This document shows, one piece after another, positions 38,903 to 51,796 of a stretch of 64,000 nt of DNA. The position numbers were made by a program, and so were the translations under genes. The DNA comes from Octopus sinensis (lineage: Eukaryota): NCBI RefSeq assembly GCF_006345805.1, contig NC_043005.1, positions 61,442,001-61,506,000 of the forward strand, read 5' to 3'. Under the pieces are notes generated by a model. The model saw nothing but the letters and a program-made list of their open reading frames with translations, ran no database searches and was not told where the DNA came from. Within the stretch, counting starts at the first letter, position 1, and each line of letters starts with the position of its first letter.

Positions 38903-40251
38903 TGTGTGTGTTACAGAAAGCAAAAAATAAAACAAAAATGATAGTGTTCAGTAGTTGGGTGAATATACTGACCGCAGGAATTTCTGTCCAGAAAAGTTCT
39001 ACATCAACTCCCACTTTCTCTCACATGCCCATTCTCTCTCTATAAAACATCCTCAACTCTCCTTAAATATCTTTGTCTCTTTTTCTCTCTCTTTTTCTTT
39101 CTCTCTCTCCCTCTCTTTCTCTGCCTTCGCTACTGCTCTACTATTACTTTCACCCCATCACGAGGAAGTGTCATTGAATAGTGAGAGAGGGGGTCAAAGT
39201 GTGACACGCACACAGAAATTAGTTTTCGCGTGTGTGTATGCGTGTATGTATGTGTGTGTGTGTGTGTTGGTGTGTTTGTGTCTATGTCCCTCACAAATGC
39301 ATGACAACCGGTACTAGCATGCTCATGACCCCATAAGCTATCAGTTCGGCCAAAGAGATCGATAAAACACATATCAGGCTTAAATAAAAAAAAAAGGTAC
39401 TGAGTCCGGTTCATTCGATTAAAAATTCTTCAAGGCGGTGCTACAACATGGCTGCAGAAGAGTGAATCAAACTAGTAAAATATCTATTTAAAAAAAAATA
39501 GATAATAGCCATTTCACATTCAACACTTGCTTTCAACTGTGACAAGGTCAGCACCTTTTCTATACTTATAATTTAGATCCTCATTGTGAAATGTATTTCT
39601 GTCTTAAAGTTCCTTAGATAGGATATGACTTTGTATCTCTATTGTCGCGAATCCTAATGATTACCTTGCGGTATATATTTGGTGTACACAAAGCATGTCC
39701 ATTCAATGTAAATCTTTTTTAATGTAAATTGTGATTAGCTAAGAAATTCTTCGTTCTTACAATTAACCGTTCGTTCGGGAACGTATTTAAGTAGAACTGT
39801 TCGTGCAATCAAATGTGCTGATTCAGTTGGAATAATTGAGTGGAAGGCTTACTATTCAAACTCATCAGGTATAAAGATTTTATATCCAGTGTAGCTTTAT
39901 TTCAATATACCTATCGATAAAAGGCATTAATCACATATGTTTATCTTTACCTTGTCCAGGGCTTACGTCTCAAATCTTGTATTATTAATTATTATGCATT
40001 GCTGACTTTATTGATGCTTATTCTATACAATCCTTGAAGCTGAGTAATTGAAACTAGTAATTTGTTTCAGGCGGACATTCAAATGCGTGTGTGTGTTTTT
40101 GTGTATGTGTGTATGTGTGTCTGTGAATGTATGTATACATGTATGTATCAATATATGTATGTTTATTTGTAAGTACGTATGTATGTGTGTATGCATTTAT
40201 GTATGCATATATGTATTATATATACATGTATGTATGTACGTATGTGTGTAT

Positions 40252-40908
40252 GAGATTTATTTAAGTTCTTAAGAAACTTCAAGCCGGTCGCTAACAAGAC
40301 GACAAGCCCTTTTAAGCTAAGAGAGTTCCTGGTGTTTGTAAATAGGTGATTGAGCTGTTGATTCAAATATCTAAGTGTGTGCATCTATTCATCGAAAGAA
40401 TCTTAGATGGAGAAACTTTGGAATGTCTTACAAATCTTCAATATGTTACTAATAGACTGGATTTGGAGAATGCAGGTCAGTTTCTTTTTCGTTGAAAAAC
40501 CTAGTAATTCTATGCCATGTATAACTTTGATGATACATTGCCTAATGTGCCTAAGATAATAGGTAAAAATTAGAACTTATTGTCAGACTACAAGAGCTGT
40601 AAGTTCCGCATTAATTCACTATAAATGTTCACTTTTTTTTTAAACTTCGCATTGTACATTCACATCCGGTGGGTAGCTAGCCTCTATAACAGTGCGTATT
40701 TGTTCCCTTTCACACAAAACAAGACTGTTATATTTGCACCGAATTGGTGATTTCATTGAAATGTTCCACCAGTGTTCCTTGTTTTTCAAGATGTGAGTAT
40801 ATGCTGGTTCTGAAATGCCTTATGTGCTGGTTCTAACATCTATACGTCAGGACAATTCTTCCTGTGGGTAAAATTGTAAATAGTTTTTGCAAATAATTGA
40901 TACTGCAG
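40252..40908 (-). mobile_element. R4-like RLE LINE 3' part (subfamily B) between (CATA)n-type tracts
   Basis: AKTIYNF...KEHWWNISMKS...TVIEASYPPDVNV...SELMRNLQLL...PIILGTLG...QIQSI. The 3' UTR is homologous to 43043-43289. Confidence 0.8.
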
Positions 40909-40994
40909 GGTATGAATGTATGTATGCATGCATGCATGTATGTATGTATGTATGTATGTATGCATGCATGTATGTATGTATGTATGTATGTATG

Positions 40995-41028
<34 letters not shown>

Positions 41029-41077
41029 TGCATGTATATGTTTATGTATATATAAGTATATATGTGTATATACGTAT

Positions 41078-41117
<40 letters not shown>

Positions 41118-41124
41118 ATGTATG

Positions 41125-42830
41125 CCCTTGTTCAATTTTATTCAAGATTTCTTGCCAATAGAGAGAGAGAGCCGGTTTCTAACCTAGGTCCAAGGCTCCG
41201 TCATTGGAATTTCAACATTAACATTTTTGTATGTATGTATGTATGCATATGTGCATATTTGTATGTTTTATCTTATGTATGTATTCTCATGCATATAGTT
41301 GCATGTCTAGACATGTTCATATATATTTAAATGATAAACGTCTGGAAAGTTTTGCAAATCTTTACAGCTCCAGTGATGGATTGGATCTGTAGTCTTCGAA
41401 TTAGTTTTTTTCCTTTCCGGTTTGAGAAGCCTAATTTCTCAAGATTGGTATTTAGGCAGTCAATTTCATATTCCAGGGTCCCAATAATTAAATTATAAAT
41501 CTGAACTTCAATCTGACTACAGTAACTGTAGATTTCTCAATAGTTTTGCGTAGGTATTTTGTTGTTCACTGATCTTCCGTTGGGCAGCTAAGTTCCACAA
41601 CTGTACATTTTCTCTTCTGTATCCCAAATCTGTTGTGTTTATATTTTATTGAGGTCTTCACAGGGACATTCCACCAGCACTCCTTTTTATAATGAGTGAC
41701 AATGGCTTCTACTATACTGTGGGTTCTTATTTCTTTGTCTTCGAGTTTATCCTTCCGACAGATTACATTATAGAGTCCTAGCTACATAATGCCTCATCGG
41801 TAGATAGTACTGTGATGACATTTTCGGACAACTACTTATGATGTGGGAAATATCTCTGGTGTTAACTTCACAAAGTCTGCATCGGTTGTCACATTTTACT
41901 GCTTTTCCTGCATCTCTGTCCTTTTTGTGTATCAGGTATTTGGCTGATATTCTCTGCTCCTGGATTGCAAATGCTTACCCGTCAAAGTGGGAAGTAGTAA
42001 TCCGGTTATTGGTCCATGATAAACTGCTTTGATGATCAATGATGCTATCATCTCGGAGCTTTCTACTAACATATCCATGCATAATTGTCGAAGGGATATG
42101 ATACGACATTCAAAGGCATTTTGGATCGATGTTAAGCCTCTGCCGCCTTGTTTTCATTTTAGGCAGAGGTGGTTTACGTCGCTGTTTATGTGGAAATTAT
42201 GTGTGCTTCTTAGTATGTTTCAGGATTTCATATCGTAGACTCAGATCTCATCAAGCGTCCGATCACGCAGCCCAAATATTGGTATGAGTACTAGCACTGC
42301 AAACATATTGTGGATCACTGTACTGAGGTACAAATTTTCTTTATTCGGCTGTAATATTCTTTAGTGATACGTGTTTTGTTACTGGTGCCATTGTAAGATA
42401 TGTTTTCATCTGCCCCTAGACACCTGTAACATTCCTCACCAGATATAGAGGAAACAGTCAAAGCATTGATGGAGATGTTGCTTGTCTGGTTTATAGTTTT
42501 CTCTTTTTCTCAACCATATAATATTTATCCCGACCAAACTCCAACCCTGCATCCTTTGAGAATATTGTAACTATATCAAGGCTCTCTTTCATCTCATGCA
42601 TATTCTTTGCATAAAGTTTCAAGTCATCCAGAAAGAAACAGTGTATAATTTTGGTATTTCTGTTTCGTTGTGAACCAGTGAGATATCCTTCAGACTTCCT
42701 TAACATGAATGACAAGGGGTTTACAGAAAGTATAACCATTACAGAATTCCTTCTTCCCAGCTGCTTATTCTGTTGTGATGTTACCATTAGTTTCAAAATG
42801 GTCCTAGACGAAAAGGTTTGAACATGCTTT
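41125..42830 (-). mobile_element. R4/Dong-like RLE LINE (subfamily A), about 1.7 kb, decayed, covering RT, CCHC and RLE
   Basis: RT SVMVILSVNPLSF...HCFFLDDLKLYAKN; CCHC CRLCEVNTRDISHIISSC (about 41828-41884); RLE WWNVPVKTS...TVVELSCP; ORF end VKICKTFQTFII*. The 3' UTR runs directly into (CATA)n. Confidence 0.9.
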
Positions 42831-43042
42831 ATATATCTAATACATCAATTTCTGGCATGCTATTGTTTTTGTTTTTGTTTTTTGCCATGTGGGTGGTTCT
42901 GCGTTTGAGAATCAATATTGTCTCTACCAGAGCTAACCGGGGTGGTATGATACTGTTCCCATTGAGAGCTTGCTGGTACAAATTGGTATGACATGGTCGG
43001 TAGAATGTTAGCTTCCTGTACCAATATGCATGTATGTATGTA

Positions 43043-43289
43043 TTATGATTTTTCTTTAATTTAATGTAAGTTCTTCTTGAGAGAGTTCAAGCGGGCTGCT
43101 TACAAAGCAATCATACTTTGTAAGTTAAGAGAGTTCCCAGTGTTTGCAAACATGTGGTTGAGTTAGTTTATTGGTTGAACAGTTGATGCATACACCCAAG
43201 TGTGTGCATTTATCAACATAAGAATCTCACATGGAAATTTGTTGGAATGTCTAACCAATATTCACTCTGCCACTAATAGATTGGATTTG
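43043..43289 (-). mobile_element. R4-like RLE LINE short 3' end (subfamily B) with (TGTA)n on both sides
   Basis: QIQSISGRVNI..TF ORF end plus a 3' UTR homologous to 40260-40445. Confidence 0.8.
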
Positions 43290-43914
43290 TATGCATGTAT
43301 GTATGTATGTATGTATGTATGTATGTATGTATGTATGTATGTATGTATGTATGTATGTATGTATGCGTGAATGTATGTATGAAAGTATAAGTGCATATTT
43401 CATGTCTCATGTACTCTTAAAAATCCGAGTATTATTTTGGTCAAGGTTTAATTGTTTATAGGCGTATTTTGGGGAGAGGGAATGTGGTTTTGTTCTTTTG
43501 AATTTGGTTCTGAAACTAATTAAAAAAGTTTAATGAATCTCGGAATGATGTATTGGTTTGGGCGATATTTGTAACTGGAATTGTTAATAAAAGTTTTTTT
43601 TTTAATTATGTTAGTGCTTATATCTATATATATATGTGTGTGTGTATGTGTATGTATGTTTCTATTCATCAAATTCAAAAAAACAAAACCACATTCCCTC
43701 TCCCTAAAACATGCCCATCAACAATTACATCATGAACAAAATAAAATACGCATTTTTAAGAGTACCTCAGACATGAAATATAAATGCATACACACTCATA
43801 CTTTCGTACATACGTTCACGCATATATATATTCATACATATACACACAAACACACACTTACATACATGTGTGGTGTATGTGTGTTAAGGAGGAAAGAGAG
43901 AGAGAAAAGCCAAA

Positions 43915-44130
43915 GGCGGTGAGCTGGCTGAATCGTTACCGCGCTGAACGAAATCGTAACGCCAGTTTGTCCGTCTTTACGTTCTGAATTCAAATTCCGC
44001 CGAGGTCGACGTTGTCTTTTATCCTTTCGGAAACGATAAAATCAGTACCAGCTGAGCGCTAGGGTCGATGTAATCGACCTACCCCTCCTCTGAAATTGCT
44101 GGCCGTGTGCCAAACTTTGAAATCAATATT
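43915..44130 (+). mobile_element. Meta-like SINE
   Basis: GGCGGTGAGCTGGC...GAATTCAAATTCCGCCGAGGTCGAC...GTGCCAAACTTTGAAATC. Confidence 0.8.
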
Positions 44131-45565
44131 AAGGTTGCCAAGAAGCAAATGAGAAATAGTGAGAGAAAGAGGGAGGAGGAAGAGGACTAAAGGTAGAGTA
44201 TGTAGTGTAGTGGAATATGGTATGGAATGAAGGAGAGGAAGAGTGAAGAAGTGAAAGTTAGAAGAACGGGAAGTAGGTTAAAAGTAAGAATGTTGAAATA
44301 AAGAAGAAATTGCGAAAACTCATTTATACGCTTGGAAAGGAGCATCGGGGAAGGATGCATTTTTTCCTGTCAAATCATCTGTAAAAAAGTAGAAGTCGAA
44401 TGACCGGGAATAACGTGGAATGAATTAGGTTTCATACTTTTAAGAAGGGCGGGAGATGTAATTGTGTGTATATTGTATGTGGGAGTATATGAGAAATGAT
44501 AGCGTGTGGAGTGGATCCACTACGCAGTCAAATGTGTATTAGTGAACCGTTGAGAACAGTGTATTATTGTGTGTTTCTGTGTGAGTTTATGTGTATGTTT
44601 GTCGTTTTAGTTATCATTAACCGGATATTTAATAGTTTTATTAACTAGAATTTTTAGTGTAGTTATTATTAACGTTCTTATATGTGTGTGTATACATATG
44701 TACATACACATATATACGTGTCCATATATACATACATATACATAATTATATATGCATGTATTTGTATATGTATGTATATATATATATATATATATATGTG
44801 TGCGTGCGTGTGTTTGTGTGTATGTCTTTATGTGTGTATGTATGTAACTACGGGCAGGTTTATGTATATGTGTGCGTGCATGTGTGCGTGAATTAGAGCG
44901 CGGTTAATTTTGTATGATGCACGGAAATCCAACGTATCTGACATTTGTCCGCATTCTCCGTGAAAGATAAAAAAAATATTTAAGGCAATATCAAAGTTAT
45001 TACAAGCAAATGAGAAATACAGAGAGTGAGTGATATATATGTATGCATGTATGGATTTATATACATATATATATAGAGAGAGAGAGAAAGAGAGGGGGTA
45101 GAGAGAGAGAGAGGAGGAGGAAGATGAGGGGAGGAGGAGGGAAGTGAAAGTTAGTAGTCGGATCAGTTAAATGAAATATCACGTGCAGTGAAATTATGAA
45201 ACTAAGAAGAATTTGGTGAAACGTGAAGGGAGAAAGGAAGAAAGTTTAAATAAAGAAAGGTATTCCAAAACTGACACATACACACACACACACACTCGCG
45301 CGCGCATACACGCACTCGCACGCGCATACACGCACTCGCACGCATGCACACTAAGGAAACAGAATTCATAACTGCACAGAAAAGAAACATGAATACCAAT
45401 GCGATTGCATCTATTCATCCATTCATCCATTCGTTCATTGATTCATTCATGTATATATATATATACGTGCAGCGCAACACATAACTACTGTTACACATAT
45501 GACACCATACACATGCGCTCACACATAAACACACACATTCGTGTAGATACAAAAATCACCACATT

Positions 45566-45600
<35 letters not shown>

Positions 45601-46660
45601 TGTTTTGTGTATTTCTGTGTGCATGTGTTTGTGTGTATATGAATGTGTGTATTTATGTGCTCTTTGTGTGTGTGTGTGTGTGTGTCTGTTTGCCTCCCTC
45701 TCTCTCTCTCTCTATGAGTGTGTGTGAGTGTGTGTGTGTGTTTGTGTGTGTAACTTTATATAAGGATTTAAGTTTATTCAGTTTATTCAGCTCTATTCAT
45801 CTCATAAGTTGTTTTACCAACTACTTATTTATTCACAAATTAGTTTATTCATTCTAACACAATATGGCACTCGAATGTTGTGTTTCGTCGCCGGAGAAGA
45901 ACACCTCTGCCCGTTAAGCATCGTGCGTTCATAACTTACGTGGTTCATCGGTGTAAGAGGACTTTGAGACATCGAGTCGGTGTAATGTTTTGTTCTCATT
46001 GTGTCTCCTCACAGAAAGCTACTCCTGCGCTTGTTGATGAATCTATTAAGGAATTAGTAAACAATTATTTCCTGGATATTCACTGTTTTACGTGAATCTC
46101 ATGAAGCACAATCTATTCGAAGACACATCAGCAACTTATGTTTGCTGAACCCTGTAAACAAAGGCTGCTCTTGTTAGATTAATCTTTCAGGTGGGAGTAG
46201 CGTTGATGAGAAGACGCTTGGCAGGGTTGAAACATCTGTGTCTGAAAGTCCCCTTACACCAGTGAATTCCGTGTTATGAACACATCTTATAAAGGGGGGT
46301 GTTCTCCGATGAAAAAAAATTGCAATCTAACGTTCCCATGTGAATCTGTCACAGAATATTAGGAATAAAGAGATATATTGTTGATTGGTTTCTCGCTGTT
46401 CTGCACGAGCCCCATGAAATAGTTACTGATTGTTCTGAATTTGTTGAATGGCTGGGTTACGACACAAGAAAACAACAGACGGACATTATAACAGTTGTTT
46501 GATAGGCAAATACCACTCAGAATCGCTTGTTCAATCTAACACTATAATAGAATACAATTGCCCTGCATCTCATGCAGGGGAATCAACTTAAGAGAATTAC
46601 TTTGGAAAGTAAACTTCCTAAACTCAATAGAGTGTCTGTCTGACTCTCTCTCTCTCTCTG

Positions 46661-46661
46661 T

Positions 46662-46755
<94 letters not shown>

Positions 46756-46774
46756 GTCTGTCTATCTATCTATC
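46661..46774. repeat. (TATC)n microsatellite, 5' flank of the Tx1 element
   Basis: Read directly from the sequence. Confidence 0.95.
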
Positions 46775-48075
46775 GCATTCTCTTCCGCTTCTTGTGGAAA
46801 GGATGCGTCCCGATGGTCAGGTGATCCATTTCCTGTCAACACCCGTTAAAAGGAGGGCTGGGCATGCCGTGGTTGATGATGCGGCTCTATGTAGACGACG
46901 GTGAACAGGTGTGGTCGCCGTTTGTGAGGCACGCGTTCCCGCAGCTCGTCTCCATGACCGAACTGCAGTCATGGATCAAAAAGAGGCTGAGGAAGGGCGA
47001 ATGGCACCGCGAGTGTCGCGTTGCTCTCAAGCAACTCTGCCGTCCCGGGTCGACCTTGAGTGACTTCAACACAACCAAAGCATTCTATAGGGAATTAGTG
47101 GAGGGGAGGTACGACGACGATCTTGGGGCAAACCTGGGCGTCGTCGAGGAATACCTGACCCGCCTGTTTCAAACGACTTTCGGGCCGGGACCTATGGACA
47201 ACTTCCAGAGATCCCTGGCCTGGCGGTGCTACAGAGAAGCGCTACCCGTTCGGGATAAGCTCTATAGGCATGGCTCGAGAAACACGGGGCCGACCTGCCC
47301 GAGATGCGGGCAGAGCGACGAAACCGTTCTGCACGCAATCGTGCAGTGTCCAACAATCTCCGACCTGTGGGCTTATGTCGAACGACTGCTGTCACCTGTG
47401 AGACGTGTCGGTTTATCAGCCGAGTCTATCGTTAATATCGTCACGCCTCTTTCCTTCAAACGGGAAGGAAGAGCTATTTATATCATACTTGTGGCTATGG
47501 CGAAAGAATGTATCTGGTGGACGCGCCTGAAAGGATTAGAGACAAACACTTTCCTCTCTGGTCAATCTCTCATCAACTTCTTCAAGTATCACTTGAAGAG
47601 GAAAGTAAGAGTAGAGAGGCAGGTTTTGTCTAGTGAATGTTTTAAAAAAAGATGGGTGAATGTAGCAAGGATGGCACGTATGAATGACGAAACCACCTTG
47701 ACTATGTTCCTATGAACCGTAAAAATTAATACAGAGAGTTGCTTATTTGTAAAATATATATATATATATAAAATGTGACTTCATTGACCGAGGTTACCGT
47801 GGTCTTTTCCGTAGGCTTTTCTTTCCACGGGTAAACCTCACCTGCCCTCCCCTTTACACTTTATATTGACATTTCTGTGATAACGATCCCTATTGATCAA
47901 TTTTTCCTTTCCCTTTTTTTTTAAATTTTATCCCCGCCCCCTTTTTTGTCCTCTTTCTTTCCTTTTACGATCCCTTTTGATCGAAAACCAAACACTCTTT
48001 TTTACCCCCAAAAGAAAAGCTCTACCTTGTAATTTGTCCTGTATGTGTGCAGCCCCGTGTGGCTAATAAAGAAAC
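46775..48075 (+). mobile_element. 5'-truncated Tx1/L1-clade LINE embedded in (TATC)n
   Basis: FRFLWKG...GGLGMPWL, a zf-RVT-type CPRCGQSDETVLHAIVQC finger, a 360-bp 3' UTR with AATAAA at 48065 and no poly(A). TATC repeats lie on both sides. Confidence 0.9.
46864..47715 (+). CDS. Tx1/L1 ORF2 C-terminal part (zf-RVT), an open 283-codon remnant rather than a host gene
   Basis: ORF track. It shows SLAWRCYREALPVRDKL and CPRC-x7-H-x4-C. An upstream in-frame TGA and the 5' truncation make it non-autonomous. Confidence 0.75.
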   Translation: MPWLMMRLYVDDGEQVWSPFVRHAFPQLVSMTELQSWIKKRLRKGEWHRECRVALKQLCRPGSTLSDFNTTKAFYRELVEGRYDDDLGANLGVVEEYLTRLFQTTFGPGPMDNFQRSLAWRCYREALPVRDKLYRHGSRNTGPTCPRCGQSDETVLHAIVQCPTISDLWAYVERLLSPVRRVGLSAESIVNIVTPLSFKREGRAIYIILVAMAKECIWWTRLKGLETNTFLSGQSLINFFKYHLKRKVRVERQVLSSECFKKRWVNVARMARMNDETTLTMFL

Positions 48076-48248
48076 ATATCTATCTATCTATCTAGGTGTC
48101 TGTCTGTTTGTCTGTCTACCTAGCTATCTATCTATACGTGTGTGCATGTAACAACAACCAGACATACTTACAAATGTATCCATATTCATGTATGTGTGTG
48201 ATTATGTATAAAGAATTACATGTACATGTACATATATATACATCTAAA

Positions 48249-48566
48249 GACTCCGCCGGTTACGACGACGAGGGTCCCAGCTGATACGATCAACGGAACA
48301 GCTTGCTCGTGAAATTAACGTGCAAATGGCTGAGCATTCCACAGACACGTGTACCCTTAACGTAGTTCTCGGGGAAAATCAGCGTGACACAGAGAGTGAC
48401 AAGGCTGACCCTTTGAAATACAAGTACAACTCATTTTTGCCAGCTGAGTGGACTGGAGCAACGTGAAATAAAGTGTCTTGCTCAGGGACACAACGCGTCG
48501 CTGGGAATCGAACTCACAACCTTACGATCATGAGCCGAATGCCCTAACCACTAAGCCACGCGCCCT
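48249..48566 (-). mobile_element. tRNA-derived SINE with a V/CORE-like central domain (tail variant 2)
   Basis: A box TGGCTTAGTGG and B box GAGTTCGATTCC. The head and centre are shared with 31698-31949 but the tail is unrelated. Confidence 0.85.
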
Positions 48567-48769
48567 CACTTATATATACATATTAACATAGACACATACA
48601 TGCATACATGCATGCATACATACATGCATACATACATGCATACATATATGCATACATAAATACATACATACATACATACATTGGACGCTTGATGAGATCC
48701 GAGCCATTGATGTGAAAACCTGAAAAATATGTACATAAATGCATACATTTGTGTATGTATAGGCAATGA

Positions 48770-49356
48770 CTAGTGACCGGGACCTTTAGAAATATGCTGG
48801 GCTTGAGAAGACTCGGCAAGCTCAAGAGAGACCATAACACTTATGCGTACCTTTCCTTCATTGGACACTAAACTCTGCTTGCGAAGACCTGTTGAGGCAA
48901 GTGAAATCAAATTCGATGGCTGGTATCCGTGCTAGTGGAGCACTAAGTGTACCATACGAGCTTGATCGTTGCCAGAGCAACAAGCTGGCCTCCAGTGCCG
49001 GTGGCAAGTAAAAAATACCATTCGAACATGATCCTTACCTGCGTCGCCTTACTGGCACTTGTGCTGGTGGCACGTGAAAAAATATTCGAGCGAGGTCGTT
49101 GCCTGTGCTGCTGGACTGGCTCCTGTGCAGGTGGCACATAGAAAGCACCATTTGAGCGTGTCCGTTGCCAGTACCGCCTGACTGGGCCTAGTGCCGATGG
49201 CACGTAAAAGCACCCACTACACTCTCGGAGTAGTTGGCGTTAGGAAGGGCATCCAGCTGTAGAAACTGCCAGATCAGATTGGAGTCTGGTGCAGCCATCT
49301 GGTGCGCCAGACCTCAGTCAAATCGTCCATGGAAAGCGCCCGGTAAACGATGATGA
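48770..49356 (+). mobile_element. RTE-type LINE 3' end with a long 3' UTR containing about 65-bp tandem repeats and a (GAT)n tail
   Basis: DRDL*KYAGLEKTRQ ORF end, about 4.3 units starting GTGGCAC, the motif GGCGTTAGGAAGGGCATCCAGCTGTAGAAAC and tail CGATGATGAT. Confidence 0.7.
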
Positions 49357-49679
49357 TAACGATGATTAGTATATAATAAGAAGTAGAACTCAGTCATGAG
49401 TTATTTTTTACCTCCGGATACCCCGGTCTAACACTAGAACCTCGACACTCAAGAATGTAGACCTCACTCCTGTGAGTAGGGGAATCGATTTGTGCTAGTG
49501 TTACTATATACATACTTTAAAGAATGCGTTATGTTTCATGCAAGTATTGTAAAAGTGGAATTTATATGGGCCTACAATTGCGTGTAAACATAGATAGGAG
49601 CATACGTACAGTGCGTCTTTTCTATACTTAAACTTCAGTATGTGTATTAGCTCGCCCACGTTTTTGAGTATTCTATTAT

Positions 49680-49802
49680 CCGTGTATATATATATATATA
49701 TATATGTGTGTGTATATTTATATATATATTATAATATATATATATTATATTATATATATTATATATATATATATATATATAATATATATGTGTGTATATT
49801 TA

Positions 49803-49839
<37 letters not shown>

Positions 49840-49918
49840 ATATTTATATATATATGTATATATATATATAATATATATATATATATTTTATATTTATATA
49901 TATATATATATGTATATT

Positions 49919-49949
<31 letters not shown>

Positions 49950-49966
49950 ATATCTATATTTATATT

Positions 49967-49999
<33 letters not shown>

Positions 50000-50048
50000 T
50001 TATATTTATTTATATATATATTTTTATATTTATATATAGATATATATT

Positions 50049-50079
<31 letters not shown>

Positions 50080-50323
50080 AGATATATATTTATATATATA
50101 TTTATATATATATATTTATATATATATATACACATATATATGTATGTATGTATATATATGTATAAACACACATATATGTAATATGTAAGTGTATCTACAT
50201 ATACATATATATGTGATATATATATATATATGCATGTACATTTAAAATACTTATTTATGTATACATAATATAAATGCATGTATATATATATGTACATGTG
50301 TGAGTATGCGTGTGTATGTGTGT

Positions 50324-50377
<54 letters not shown>

Positions 50378-50400
50378 TGTGTGTGCGTGTGTGAGTTTGT
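49680..50400. repeat. Long degenerate (TA)n with TATATTTATA higher-order units, followed by (TG)n
   Basis: Read directly from the sequence. Confidence 0.95.
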
Positions 50401-51796
50401 GAATTCATAAAATGGCTACAGGATTCTGTCATATCTGAAAATGTGTGTTCAGTTGATTTAACCTGAGAATTATTTTTATTCTTATCATGTTAGAATGCAA
50501 TATAATGACTAGAATTCAACGAAGATATGTTCATCATTTTTATTTTTTCCCCGTTTTTGACTTTACATACTAACCTACCTTTATTTATTTTTTTTTTCCT
50601 TTTCAAAAAGGAGTATTATATTTCTTCAGGAAATTATACCAAAAAATATGTATCACAAGGAAGTAGATAGAAAATGGTACATTAGCTGATATGCTCCAAA
50701 TGTTTTGATATAAAAGTATATTTGTAATTTAACCTTGCTTCTTTTACGAAGACGAGTGGAATCGAATTATTTTTGATCTACTTATTCGTGCATTGCAAGA
50801 AATTTCATTTTCGTTTCAAGAATGCAGTTCCTTCATTTTTTCTTTACCTAAAAAAATTCTCATTGATATTTAAATGTCTTTTCAATTTTTTTTAAATCTT
50901 TGCACAATCTTTACAAAGATTCAGCTCTTTGAATGAAAATATATTTTGTATATTTTTTCAAAGAAATTCAACAAAATATAATAGCATCTTCAGCTGTTTA
51001 ATTCAACATTACAATAACACTGATTTCTTCTATGTGTATAGTACTTTACTTTGAGAAAGGAAGATGGAAATGCTATTATGTGACATTCATTCATCTTTAG
51101 CTTTGTAAACTACGTGCCATTCAGGTACGTAAAACACGAGTAAAAAAATGGCTCTCGTTTTGAAAGACTTGAAAGGGGTCTTTGTTATGGAGACGTCTAC
51201 TTGATACAGTGTTATTGACTACAAACTCATTACTCAGTCGCCGTAATTTGATTGTGTGAATGTTGTCAATGAAAATGATGGTAGTGAAAATAGACGTCTA
51301 ACGTGGGGAGGCATTGTTAATTTTAAAATCGTGAAAGTACAATATATATAATTGCGTTTGTTTCCAGAAGAACTTTTCAAAATGTACTCAATAAAAGGGA
51401 TAGTGTACTCCAACTAGACATAAAATCACGGTGGTCTGTAAACAAAAGCTCTATACTGATTAGAGAGTGTGTAACACATATTTCTTCCGTTGTTAAATTT
51501 TCGTTAAACGTTTATCGCCTCAAATATATCACCTGTAATATTTGTTTGCTTCCAACCTAAAAATTGATAAAAGAGTTTTCGATTAAGGAGAATTACATCA
51601 AATAGATCTACGCCAAACCTCTGCATCAGGGACTTGGTTATTATATCTCATCGCTTAAGTGGTTTTACATGCAAACTTCACTTTCCGTCTCAACAGGCAA
51701 CATTTCTTGCACTGAACAATTTTACATTTCTTTCTCCTTGTAATCCAAAATGATAGTACAACTAACCCCGTCCTTCGCGACAGAGTATGGTTTCAT

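Noticed and set aside
48930-49220. CRISPR-like array
   Set aside because: These are diverged tandem units without unique spacers, in eukaryotic retroelement context, with no cas genes.
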